DNA of 62,555 nt, filler included, from Nemertoderma westbladi (taxonomy: Eukaryota; Animalia; Xenacoelomorpha), in the NCBI GenBank assembly GCA_032718475.1. It is 3 parts of 3 records of this genome, joined end to end, with 100 filler letters (N's around TTAATTAATTAA, not from the genome) between each part and the next. Parts side by side here need not be neighbours in the genome. Positions count along the whole stretch, not along the records: positions 17,478 to 40,488 come from JAUCBJ010002250.1; 2 more parts are not named here. One strand, 5' to 3'. Both the position numbers and the translations under genes were made by a program. This document shows, one piece after another, positions 26,278 through 36,770 of this stretch. Positions within the stretch are counted from its first letter, which is position 1; each line of letters begins with the position of its first letter. The notes beneath the pieces are model-generated. The model saw nothing but the letters and a program-made list of their open reading frames with translations, was not told the DNA's origin and did no database searches.

Positions 26278-28845
26278 TTTCATTTCATTTCACAAGGTAC
26301 ACCGGTCAAGCCGGTATTTATATTGAAGTAAAAAGTATATATTAATACTGAATAAAAATCGAACAAACTATACAAAATTAAAAATGTCATAAGGTTCATA
26401 GGTTAATTATTGTAAATGGAGGAAAAATCTGTGCAAAAGATAATTATTTTAAGAAATACTGCAGTATGCGGTTATGTTTTGCCGCAAATCCGCATTGGCC
26501 AGAGTTATAACAGTTATATATAAAGTCCGCATTGACAATATCTTTTCCTGTTGGATGTCCGTGGTTTATGTGAGATTTCAGTGTCCGTTTGTGGTACCGG
26601 TTTACACACATTGAAAATAGTGAGGGTATCGGGAATTCTCGAGTCGCTCGCATATATGTACTTCCCAGTCCAGGATAGCGCCGCTTTGACTGATAGTTCC
26701 AGATAAGACCAAGTCGTAGCAGCAACTGAAGTTTGAGATGTGGACTAACTACCAAACGCAGCATGCAATTAGTCATGTCACGGTATACCTCAAGTGATAG
26801 ATCTCTACATCCTGAGAGTTTCCTTAATGTAGCATTATTGACGTACGATCCAACATAAAGAAGTCCCCTGAGTATCTTTCTATAATATGCATTCATAGAT
26901 TCGATTTCATCTTGATTTAGATTCCCTATTATGAATTTTATTTTGTACAGAATTGCTGGTATGGCCATCCTGGACCAAAGATTGAACACTGTGTTTATGG
27001 TGTACCATCGAATGGTCCAGCCATTTTTGTGAAACGCTTGTGACATAGACGCAAGAGTTTGAATTATGACTGAGTAATTAGTGTTACAGTTATTATTTCC
27101 ATATAAGGTGTGGCCGAGGAATTTGATTGTTTGGGATTCAGGGAATAGGCAATTTGCTGAGTTGATGAATAGGGGTCGGTATGTGTTTTTGGGTATAATG
27201 CTCATCCATTTTGATTTTGTGGGTTCCATATTTAGGTTCAATTTATCCATTTCATATGATAGTAATGCTAGCATACTAGTAATCTCCTCTTTATTATTGC
27301 ACAATAAAACTATATCATCCGCATAGCAAACTAGACCTGACCAGATGTTGTGAAAAGATACTCCAAGGCCTGTTTTCTCAACTGAATCTAAGGCTCCCTT
27401 TAAATAGACATTAAATAGCGTTGGTGACAACAATGATCCTTGTTTTACACCTATCCTTGTTCGAATTCCATTGGTCAATATCATATCTCCGAACTTTAGA
27501 AACAGTAATCCAACTCTGTAATAATTAATTAGGGTCAAACAGATAAAAGGGCAAATATGCTCCGAGAGGGTTTTAAATAATACACTGTAAGAGACATGAT
27601 CGAATGCACCTGCTATGTCCAACTGAAATATGTAAAGGGACTGATTTCTCTGACGATGTGACTCAATAATTTCCTGTATCAACGCTACTACAAGATCTGA
27701 TCCAACTCCTTTTTTGTACCCATATTGGCATGAGTTTGTAGATATGTATGGAAGAATGAATTGTTTGAGGGTGATAGCTTCGAACAGTTTACCAAATACA
27801 GATACAGTGGCAATTGGTCGATAGCTGTTTGGTCGTGTAGTTCCACGGTTTCCACTTTTATATATGTATGTTATCAGTGTCCTTCCATAGACTTCAGGGA
27901 CTGTCTGCAATCGGATTGAGGCATTGAAGATGTTGCATAAGTGTACAGCAGCATAGTTTTCATCAAGATGAAGAATGTGCTCTGCTGAAAGATTAAAGAA
28001 ATCTGGAGATTTGCCCCTAGCTAATGCTAGTATAGCATGTTTAACAGTACCCTCTGATATTGTTGGAGGACTTCTACCTTCTGATAGTAGTTTCAGTTCG
28101 ATGACTACTTTGTCTAACTCACTTTCAGCATCAGTTTCAGCTGAGTTCATAACATGTATTAAATTATCTCTCAGTGATTTAGCCATGCTGATGGGAGCTG
28201 TTCCTTCTTTAGTTGAGAAGTGTTTCCAGAACTCATGAGGATTATTCCTGTTATGTACTATGCCGCCAGTTTTGGATCTTACTGATTGTTTCGCAAGCCA
28301 GTTTCTAAGGCGCCTTAGTGATTTCTTTGACTCTTTCAATGCTATGCTAAAAGAGTCCCTTTTAATTTTACCATTTTGCTTCCAAATTTTATACAGCTCC
28401 TTAGTAGTATTTGCATGACTAGATATTAATTTGTTCCTTATACGAATATTGGTCGTCTTTTTTCGAAATTTGCTGACAGGTATAAAGAGATTGGCTCCCT
28501 CTGTAATAGCTCTCTGCATCTCCTCGGTGTATCTATTCAATTCCTCAGATGTCCAATCGAAAGAGTTCATGCTGCTTGAGTGGAGATTATCCAGCTTATT
28601 CTCTACATACTCCTTATAACTGTTGAGTTGAGCTGTAGTCGCCTTACTCCAGGCTACTCGTGGTAATCTTTTGGTAAATTCCTGTGTATTCTCCTTGTTA
28701 TTTGTATTATGTTCATTTACAATTGCTATCTCAGCTACTACTGGACTGTGATCAGAGAGAGCATGGACATGTGGGTTTATTACCTCACCGCTCACTATTA
28801 GTTGGTCACCAGGGTTGGTTGTGAGTATATGGTCTATATATGAAT
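26276..28845 (-). mobile_element. 5'-truncated non-LTR retrotransposon (APE-type LINE), copy 1
   Basis: 3' tail (AAATG)3 at 26276-26292 and a ~150-bp 3' UTR. The 5' end lies inside the APE domain (in-frame SYIDHIL...SDHSPV). Confidence 0.9.
26444..28795 (-). CDS. Non-LTR reverse transcriptase, open frame, endonuclease mostly missing
   Basis: Motifs KSPD..LSAEH, YRPIA, QYGY, LDIAGAFD, GVKQGSLLSP, YADD, KFLG. The track start is a GTG; the first in-frame ATG is at 28570 (708 aa). Confidence 0.92.
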   Translation of the reverse strand: MSGEVINPHVHALSDHSPVVAEIAIVNEHNTNNKENTQEFTKRLPRVAWSKATTAQLNSYKEYVENKLDNLHSSSMNSFDWTSEELNRYTEEMQRAITEGANLFIPVSKFRKKTTNIRIRNKLISSHANTTKELYKIWKQNGKIKRDSFSIALKESKKSLRRLRNWLAKQSVRSKTGGIVHNRNNPHEFWKHFSTKEGTAPISMAKSLRDNLIHVMNSAETDAESELDKVVIELKLLSEGRSPPTISEGTVKHAILALARGKSPDFFNLSAEHILHLDENYAAVHLCNIFNASIRLQTVPEVYGRTLITYIYKSGNRGTTRPNSYRPIATVSVFGKLFEAITLKQFILPYISTNSCQYGYKKGVGSDLVVALIQEIIESHRQRNQSLYIFQLDIAGAFDHVSYSVLFKTLSEHICPFICLTLINYYRVGLLFLKFGDMILTNGIRTRIGVKQGSLLSPTLFNVYLKGALDSVEKTGLGVSFHNIWSGLVCYADDIVLLCNNKEEITSMLALLSYEMDKLNLNMEPTKSKWMSIIPKNTYRPLFINSANCLFPESQTIKFLGHTLYGNNNCNTNYSVIIQTLASMSQAFHKNGWTIRWYTINTVFNLWSRMAIPAILYKIKFIIGNLNQDEIESMNAYYRKILRGLLYVGSYVNNATLRKLSGCRDLSLEVYRDMTNCMLRLVVSPHLKLQLLLRLGLIWNYQSKRRYPGLGSTYMRATREFPIPSLFSMCVNRYHKRTLKSHINHGHPTGKDIVNADFIYNCYNSGQCGFAAKHNRILQYFLK

Positions 28846-29270
28846 CAACTGGTGCGCACGACTTGTTTTGCTAAAACAAGTCGTGGGCACGAGATGTTTC
28901 TGAAGTAACAAGTCGTGCGCACGACTTTTTTTAGCAAAACAAGTCGTGCGCACGAGTTGTTTTAGCAAAACAAGTCGTGGGCACGAGATGTTTCTGAAGT
29001 AACAAGTCGTGCGCACGACTTTTTTTAGCAAAACAAGTCGTGCGCACGAGTTGTTTTAGCAAAACAAGTCGTGCGCACGACTTGTTTCTGATGTAACAAG
29101 TCGTGCGCACGAGATGTTTTAGCAAAACAAGTCGTGCGCACGAGTTGTTTTAGCAAAACAAGCCGTGCGCACGAGTTGTTTCTGAAGTAACAAGTCGTGC
29201 GCACGAGTTGTTTTAGCAAAACAAGTCGTGCGCACGAGTTGTTTCTGATGTAACAAGTCGTGCGCACGAC
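28846..29270 (-). repeat. Right palindrome array, 14 units, inverted relative to the left array except for the first unit
   Basis: Linkers read TTTAGCAAA, TTCTGATGTA or TTCTGAAGTA. The first linker (~28867-28875) is still TTTGCTAAA. Confidence 0.95.
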
Positions 29271-29814
29271 TGTTGGCCCTTCAGTGCCACCATAATATAC
29301 AGTATGTTGTGAGTACACATAACCACATATATTCAACACATTACTGCATAAAGAATGTTGCTACCACAGAAGTTCCTCAAAAGAACGTTAATCGAAACTG
29401 GTCACCACTGACCTATCATGTGTTCCACCCATATACTATGGTCTATCTGGGACTTGTAACCACTGGGTCCACTATGAGTCCATAGCTTTCCAGTTCGGTC
29501 TTAAACTGGGTTCCAGCCGAAAACAATCCATTTCCAGAGATAAAATCCTGAAGATGGACGGAATTTCGGTTAACACTATCGCAATAATTTTAACTCGATG
29601 TATTTTAATGTACCTAAATAATTATTAACTCATATTTTAAACTAAGTAATGTATGAAATGTATGTAATGTATCTTTTATGGGGGAAACCCCTTCACCATA
29701 TAATACTATAGTTAAATTGTCAATGCAGTCTTTGTTCAGTCTAAGTTATGGTGTAAATTTATATTAATAATAATAATAATAATAATATAGACCCAGAGCG
29801 ATGTAGGTGATTGA

Positions 29815-29960
29815 TGCAGACTTTCATTAAAGTCTACCAGGAATGTTAAGAATGCATGCTGATCCACTCCATCAGTAGCTGCTTGTAGATTGTGGTAGAA
29901 ATTTTCCACCTCCTCTACAGGGGCAACACTAGTTGGAGAGTAGCACACAATCAGAACCAT
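29815..29960 (-). pseudogene. AP-endonuclease fragment of an RTE-like LINE, copy 1
   Basis: IVCYSPTSVAPVEEVENFYHNL...FLTFLVDFN, a YxP...FY...GDFN-like motif set. Confidence 0.7.
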
Positions 29961-31109
29961 CTTAGGAAACTTTTTAGCCAGTCTTCCAGAACATGAGAAG
30001 GACAGTTATCTCCTACGGGGGTGGGGTTTTATTTCATGATGGTATGAATCTGTTCTATATGCAGTTCTCCAATCTGCCACACATTTTCAACATCACGTAA
30101 CATCTGTACATGGACTAGAAAGCTGTGGCCCGAAGTGCCACACGAATGAACGCCATGACCAAACGGTGATACTGAATGAACGCCATTGTTGAGTGACAAC
30201 CCACATACAGTAGTCTTGGAGCTTTGGCATAGGCCTATGATATTGTCCATATCCATCTGTTTGACCTACCTAATGTTTGAACATGAATTTACGCAACGAC
30301 CGGGTCTAATTTGATGACAGTGAGAGCTTAGAAAGTTTTGAGAATTACAGAAAATCTCGGTCAGGAGGGGCCTTTGCCATCAGTGCCAATGCCAACTTCC
30401 CTCAGCGTGTTCTCGAGATACACATGCAATAACTCGCCTGAGTATAGAACTGAACAATGTCGAATAATTGTATATTGATGACCCATGTACATTTTCATGC
30501 ATATATTATTATATTTTATGTATATACTATGGTGGCACTGAAGGGCCAACAAAGAAAATTTTTTTGTCTGAAACAAGTCGTGCGCACGACTTGTTCCATC
30601 AGAAACAAGTCGTGCGCACGACTTGTTACATCAGAAACAACTCGTGCGCACGACTTGTTTTGCTAAAACAAGTCGTGCGCACGACTTGGTACTTCAGAAA
30701 CAACTCGTGCGCACGACTTGTTTTGCTAAAACAACTCGTGCGCACGACTTGTTTTGCTAAAACAACTCGTGCGCACGACTTGTTTTGCTAAAACAAGTCG
30801 TGCGCACGACTTGTTACTTCAGAAACAACTCGTGCGCACGACTTGTTTTGCTAAAACAACTCGTGCGCACGACTTGTTTTGCTAAAACAACTCGTGCGCA
30901 CGACATGTTACATCAGAAAAAACTCGTGCTCACGACTTGTTACTTCAGAAACAACTCGTGCGCACGACTTGTTTTGCTAAAACAACTCGTGCGCACGACT
31001 TGTTACATCAGAAACAACTGGTGCGCACGACTTGTTACTTCAGAAACAACTCGTGCGCACGACTTGTTTTGCTAAAACAACTCGTGCGCACGACTTGTTA
31101 CATCAGAAA

Positions 31110-33679
31110 CATTTCATTTCATTTCACAAGGTACACCGGTCAAGCCGGTATTTATATTGAAGTAAAAAGTATATATTAATACTGAATAAAAACCGAACAA
31201 ACTATACAAAATTAAAAATGTCATAAGGTTCATAGGTTAATTATTGTAAATGGAGGAAAAATCTGTGCAAAAGATAATTATTTTAAGAAATACTGCAGTA
31301 TGCGGTTATGTTTTGCCGCAAATCCGCATTGGCCAGAGTTATAACAGTTATATATAAAGTCCGCATTGACAATATCTTTTCCTGTTGGATGTCCGTGGTT
31401 TATGTGAGATTTCAGTGTCCGTTTGTGGTACCGGTTTACACACATTGAAAATAGTGAGGGTATCGGGAATTCTCGAGTCGCTCGCATATATGTACTTCCC
31501 AGTCCAGGATAGCGCCGCTTTGACTGATAGTTCCAGATAAGACCAAGTCGTAGCAGCAACTGAAGTTTGAGATGTGGACTAACTACCAAACGCAGCATGC
31601 AATTAGTCACGTCACGGTATACCTCAAGTGATAGATCTCTACATCCTGAGAGTTTCCTTAATGTAGCATTATTGACGTACGATCCAACATAAAGAAGTCC
31701 CCTGAGTATCTTTCTATAATATGCATTCATAGATTCGATTTCATCTTGATTTAGATTCCCTATTATGAATTTTATTTTGTACAGAATTGCTGGTATGGCC
31801 ATCCTGGACCAAAGATTGAACACTGTGTTTATGGTGTACCATCGAATGGTCCAGCCATTTTTGTGAAACGCTTGTGACATAGACGCAAGAGTTTGAATTA
31901 TGACTGAGTAATTAGTGTTACAGTTATTATTTCCATATAAGGTGTGGCCAAGGAATTTGATTGTTTGGGATTCAGGGAATAGGCAATTTGCTGAGTTGAT
32001 GAATAGGGGTCGGTATGTGTTTTTGGGTATAATGCTCATCCATTTTGATTTTGTGGGTTCCATATTTAGGTTCAATTTATCCATTTCATATGATAGTAAT
32101 GCTAGCATACTAGTAATCTCCTCTTTATTATTGCACAATAAAACTATATCATCCGCATAGCAAACTAGACCTGACCAGATGTTGTGAAAAGATACTCCAA
32201 GGCCTGTTTTCTCAACTGAATCTAAGGCTCCCTTTAAATAGACATTAAATAGCGTTGGTGACAACAATGATCCTTGTTTTACACCTATCCTTGTTCGAAT
32301 TCCATTGGTCAATATCATATCTCCGAACTTTAGAAACAGTAATCCAACTCTGTAATAATTAATTAGGGTCAAACAGATAAAAGGGCAAATATGCTCCGAG
32401 AGGGTTTTAAATAATACACTGTAAGAGACATGATCGAATGCACCTGCTATGTCCAACTGAAATATGTAAAGGGACTGATTTCTCTGACGATGTGACTCAA
32501 TAATTTCCTGTATCAACGCTACTACAAGATCTGATCCAACTCCTTTTTTGTACCCATATTGGCATGAGTTTGTAGATATGTATGGAAGAATGAATTGTTT
32601 GAGGGTGATAGCTTCGAACAGTTTACCAAATACAGATACAGTGGCAATTGGTCGATAGCTGTTTGGTCGTGTAGTTCCACGGTTTCCACTTTTATATATG
32701 TATGTTATCAGTGTCCTTCCATAGACTTCAGGGACTGTCTGCAATCGGATTGAGGCATTGAAGATGTTGCATAAGTGTACAGCAGCATAGTTTTCATCAA
32801 GATGAAGAATGTGCTCTGCTGAAAGATTAAAGAAATCTGGAGATTTGCCCCTAGCTAATGCTAGTATAGCATGTTTAACAGTACCCTCTGATATTGTTGG
32901 AGGACTTCTACCTTCTGATAGTAGTTTCAGTTCGATGACTACTTTGTCTAACTCACTTTCAGCATCAGTTTCAGCTGAGTTCATAACATGTATTAAATTA
33001 TCTCTCAGTGATTTAGCCATGCTGATGGGAGCTGTTCCTTCTTTAGTTGAGAAGTGTTTCCAGAACTCATGAGGATTATTCCTGTTATGTACTATGCCGC
33101 CAGTTTTGGATCTTACTGATTGTTTCGCAAGCCAGTTTCTAAGGCGCCTTAGTGATTTCTTTGACTCTTTCAATGCTATGCTAAAAGAGTCCCTTTTAAT
33201 TTTACCATTTTGCTTCCAAATTTTATACAGCTCCTTAGTAGTATTTGCATGACTAGATATTAATTTGTTCCTTATACGAATATTGGTCGTCTTTTTTCGA
33301 AATTTGCTGACAGGTATAAAGAGATTGGCTCCCTCTGTAATAGCTCTCTGCATCTCCTCGGTGTATCTATTCAATTCCTCAGATGTCCAATCGATAGAGT
33401 TCATGCTGCTTGAGTGGAGATTATCCAGCTTATTCTCTACATACTCCTTATAACTGTTGAGTTGAGCTGTAGTCGCCTTACTCCAGGCTACTCGTGGTAA
33501 TCTTTTGGTAAATTCCTGTGTATTCTCCTTGTTATTTGTATTATGTTCATTTACAATTGCTATCTCAGCTACTACTGGACTGTGATCAGAGAGAGCATGG
33601 ACATGTGGGTTTATTACCTCACCGCTCACTATTAGTTGGTCACCAGGGTTGGTTGTGAGTATATGGTCTATATATGAAT
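31110..33679 (-). mobile_element. 5'-truncated LINE, copy 2
   Basis: Identical junctions to copy 1. Confidence 0.9.
31278..33629 (-). CDS. Non-LTR reverse transcriptase, copy 2
   Basis: Same protein as 26444-28795 except F79I and M674V. Confidence 0.92.
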   Translation of the reverse strand: MSGEVINPHVHALSDHSPVVAEIAIVNEHNTNNKENTQEFTKRLPRVAWSKATTAQLNSYKEYVENKLDNLHSSSMNSIDWTSEELNRYTEEMQRAITEGANLFIPVSKFRKKTTNIRIRNKLISSHANTTKELYKIWKQNGKIKRDSFSIALKESKKSLRRLRNWLAKQSVRSKTGGIVHNRNNPHEFWKHFSTKEGTAPISMAKSLRDNLIHVMNSAETDAESELDKVVIELKLLSEGRSPPTISEGTVKHAILALARGKSPDFFNLSAEHILHLDENYAAVHLCNIFNASIRLQTVPEVYGRTLITYIYKSGNRGTTRPNSYRPIATVSVFGKLFEAITLKQFILPYISTNSCQYGYKKGVGSDLVVALIQEIIESHRQRNQSLYIFQLDIAGAFDHVSYSVLFKTLSEHICPFICLTLINYYRVGLLFLKFGDMILTNGIRTRIGVKQGSLLSPTLFNVYLKGALDSVEKTGLGVSFHNIWSGLVCYADDIVLLCNNKEEITSMLALLSYEMDKLNLNMEPTKSKWMSIIPKNTYRPLFINSANCLFPESQTIKFLGHTLYGNNNCNTNYSVIIQTLASMSQAFHKNGWTIRWYTINTVFNLWSRMAIPAILYKIKFIIGNLNQDEIESMNAYYRKILRGLLYVGSYVNNATLRKLSGCRDLSLEVYRDVTNCMLRLVVSPHLKLQLLLRLGLIWNYQSKRRYPGLGSTYMRATREFPIPSLFSMCVNRYHKRTLKSHINHGHPTGKDIVNADFIYNCYNSGQCGFAAKHNRILQYFLK

Positions 33680-34742
33680 CAACTGGTGCGCACGACTTGT
33701 TTTGCTAAAACAAGTCGTGGGCACGAGATGTTTCTGAAGTAACAAGTCGTGCGCACGACTTTTTTTAGCAAAACAAGTCGTGCGCACGAGTTGTTTTAGC
33801 AAAACAAGTCGTGGGCACGAGATGTTTCTGAAGTAACAAGTCGTGCGCACGACTTTTTTTAGCAAAACAAGTCGTGCGCACGAGTTGTTTTAGCAAAACA
33901 AGTCGTGGGCACGAGATGTTTCTGAAGTAACAAGTCGTGCGCACGACTTTTTTTAGCAAAACAAGTCGTGCGCACGAGTTGTTTTAGCAAAACAAGTCGT
34001 GCGCACGACTTGTTTCTGATGTAACAAGTCGTGCGCACGAGATGTTTTAGCAAAACAAGTCGTGCGCACGAGTTGTTTTAGCAAAACAAGCCGTGCGCAC
34101 GAGTTGTTTCTGAAGTAACAAGTCGTGCGCACGAGTTGTTTTAGCAAAACAAGTCGTGCGCACGAGTTGTTTCTGATGTAACAAGTCGTGCGCACGACTG
34201 TTGGCCCTTCAGTGCCACCATAATATACAGTATGTTGTGAGTACACATAACCACATATATTCAACACATTACTGCATAAAGAATGTTGCTACCACAGAAG
34301 TTCCTCAAAAGAACGTTAATCGAAACTGGTCACCACTGACCTATCATGTGTTCCACCCATATACTATGGTCTATCTGGGACTTGTAACCACTGGGTCCAC
34401 TATGAGTCCATAGCTTTCCAGTTCGGTCTTAAACTGGGTTCCAGCCGAAAACAATCCATTTCCAGAGATAAAATCCTGAAGATGGACGGAATTTCGGTTA
34501 ACACTATCGCAATAATTTTAACTCGATGTATTTTAATGTACCTAAATAATTATTAACTCATATTTTAAACTAAGTAATGTATGAAATGTATGTAATGTAT
34601 CTTTTATGGGGGAAACCCCATCACCATATAATACTATAGTTAAATTGTCAATGCAGTCTTTGTTCAGTCTAAGTTATGGTGTAAATTTATATTAATAATA
34701 ATAATAATAATAATATAGACCCAGAGCGATGTAGGTGATTGA

Positions 34743-34888
34743 TGCAGACTTTCATTAAAGTCTACCAGGAATGTTAAGAATGCATGCTGATCCACTCCAT
34801 CAGTAGCTGCTTGTAGATTGTGGTAGAAATTTTCCACCTCCTCTACAGGGGCAACACTAGTTGGAGAGTAGCACACAATCAGAACCAT
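34743..34888 (-). pseudogene. AP-endonuclease fragment of an RTE-like LINE, copy 2
   Basis: Duplicate of 29815-29960. Confidence 0.7.
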
Positions 34889-35280
34889 CTTAGGAAACTT
34901 TTTAGCCAGTCTTCCAGAACATGAGAAGGACAGTTATCTCCTACGGGGGTGGGGTTTTATTTCATGATGGTATGAATCTGTTCTATATGCAGTTCTCCAA
35001 TCTGCCACACATTTTCAACATCACGTAACATCTGTACATGGACTAGAAAGCTGTGGCCCGAAGTGCCACACGCTTTGGCTTTCTAGTATATATACATTGT
35101 AAATTCATATATTACCCTCCGGCCTCTGTCACATTTTGTTCTTATATTTTAATCAGTGCATGACCATTTTATTTTGTGGTTAACTGAATATAGCCACCGG
35201 GAATAATTTGAACTCTAAGGGATACATTTACTGGATTCAAATTAAAGTGGGATGGATTCATGTTGTTTATGTAAGGAATG

Positions 35281-36770
35281 TTATTATTATTATTTGATTT
35301 AATTCGCACGAGGCGACAATACAGGGTAAATGTAAATAAAAATGCACGCAAATGCACAATAAAACAGCTGGCTAAAAATATAAAGTATGTGATTAAAATA
35401 TCATAGAGGTGGCTGAAGAATACAAGGAGTTAGTTGTCAGTCGCCACTCGTGGACACAATTACTTTGCATGCAAAAACTGTGTACTGAATAGTTCAAATG
35501 ATTTAGAGCATTACCGGACAATGAGCAATACGCAATACAATAAATAACAATATATAATTAACGATTGAAATCTGATCCAAGTTTTAAATATTACAACGGT
35601 ACATCCCTGTGGTTGTAGTCAATATTATAAATTGATATTATTACATCGAGCAGAGGAAATTGTCACAATTGTAAGATAAATATATAATCAATGAAGGCAA
35701 CATTATGTTATAATCAATATAGTGTATGGAAAAGAGTATGCTGTCACTGAGAGTACATAAAAAAATAAAACATTGCCGTTTGTACTATGAAATGTTGAAA
35801 AAACTTAGGATACGTTCAGGCTTATCAGTGAAAGTACCGGATGAGTAATAGCAGCTGCGAGTAAAATTGAGTTGAAATGTCTCTAGATATGTGAGTTGGT
35901 CAGGTTGTAATCTCTCTTTCAATGAACGCATACTGTAGCTGTAACTCAGTACTGATGACAGACGTGGCAGTGGGAAAGTACATCTACACGCATCATAGGT
36001 CGAGCCGAGACCAACATAGCGGCGGTTACCGGCCATTGTATCATTTAAGCAAACCCCCAGCAGAGCTTGTAAAATTATATTAGGGCAATAACGAGACCTC
36101 AGTATAGTCCCTACACATAGTTGATATGCTATTGTGGATATGGGATGGCAGCCTAAAATGTTGTATATAATGTTGTTGTCAACGTAGGAACCAATATGCA
36201 GGAGACCACGCAATGCCTTGCGGTAGTGAACATCAACCTTCTCAATGGCAACCTTACTGAGTGCCCCTATGTTGAATTTCAGACTATACGAAATAGATGG
36301 GACGGCAATAGTTCGCCACAGATAGGAAATAGTATCAATGTCGATGTTGCGGACTGTCCAACCTTTCCGATGGAACATATCTGAGAGTATCGAGATTGTC
36401 TGGATACAGTCTTTATGGAGGTTTGAGTTGGGTGCGGATAATAAATTGAATCCAAGGAAAACAAACGTAGGACTTTCGCTTATTAGAGTACCGCCTGCGT
36501 TAATAAAGCAAGGTATCGGTGGAGTGGTAGTCCCAATTCCACGATGACAGATCCATTTTGTCTTGCTATGTTCGACATGAAGTTTCAGATCATTTAGTAC
36601 ATCAATAAGGCGAGCAACAAGTGTCTCAAGTTTGGCAGCTGTGTCGGCGCAAAGAAGAAAATCGTCGGCATAAGCCACGATACCAAGCCACATCAAAGTT
36701 ATATTGAACCCAGCGCCATCATCATTCATATTGTGTAGCGCATCTTTAGTATACAACAAAAATAATGCTT
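35281..36770 (-). mobile_element. Heavily 5'-truncated LINE, diverged relative of the RT above (ORF 35785-36789)
   Basis: YADD, FLG, GWTVR, YRKALRGLLHIGSYVDN and RRYVGLGSTY align with the 783-aa RT C-terminal half. Probable (AAT)n 3' tail near 35281-35295. Confidence 0.8.

Larger units (their letters stand above)
25632..29294. mobile_element. Fold-back non-autonomous DNA transposon with IS3EU-type ends, copy 1, carrying a LINE RT
   Basis: Perfect 24-bp TIR TATGGTGGCACTGAAGGGCCAACA and 6-bp TSD ATATAC (25626-25631, 29295-29300). TAY..RTA termini with a 6-bp TSD are the IS3EU pattern. Confidence 0.85.
30528..34222. mobile_element. Fold-back IS3EU-type element, copy 2 (17 + 17 palindrome units)
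   Basis: Same TIRs, same ATATAC TSD (30522-30527, 34223-34228) and same flanks as copy 1. Confidence 0.85.
25248..35071. repeat. Tandem segmental duplication: copy 1 25248-30143 (4896 bp), copy 2 30144-35071 (4928 bp)
   Basis: Near-identical copies. About five substitutions seen, plus -62 bp and +94 bp differences in the two arrays. Junction gtgccacac|gaatgaacgcc. Confidence 0.95.

Noticed and set aside
25561-26345. Short ORFs with VVRTTC/SCARLV repeats (also 28834-29339, 30457-31179, 33668-34267)
   Set aside because: These are translations of the palindrome arrays.
25677-29270. CRISPR array, retron or DGR interpretation of palindromic repeats next to an RT
   Set aside because: Linkers are only 9-10 bp and recur in essentially three variants rather than being unique spacers. 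There are no cas genes, the RT is a eukaryotic APE-LINE type with a microsatellite tail, and the arrays are bounded by TIRs and a TSD.
30528-34222. Second copy as proof that the composite element transposes
   Set aside because: It has the same TSD and the same flanks, so it arose by tandem duplication or mis-assembly.
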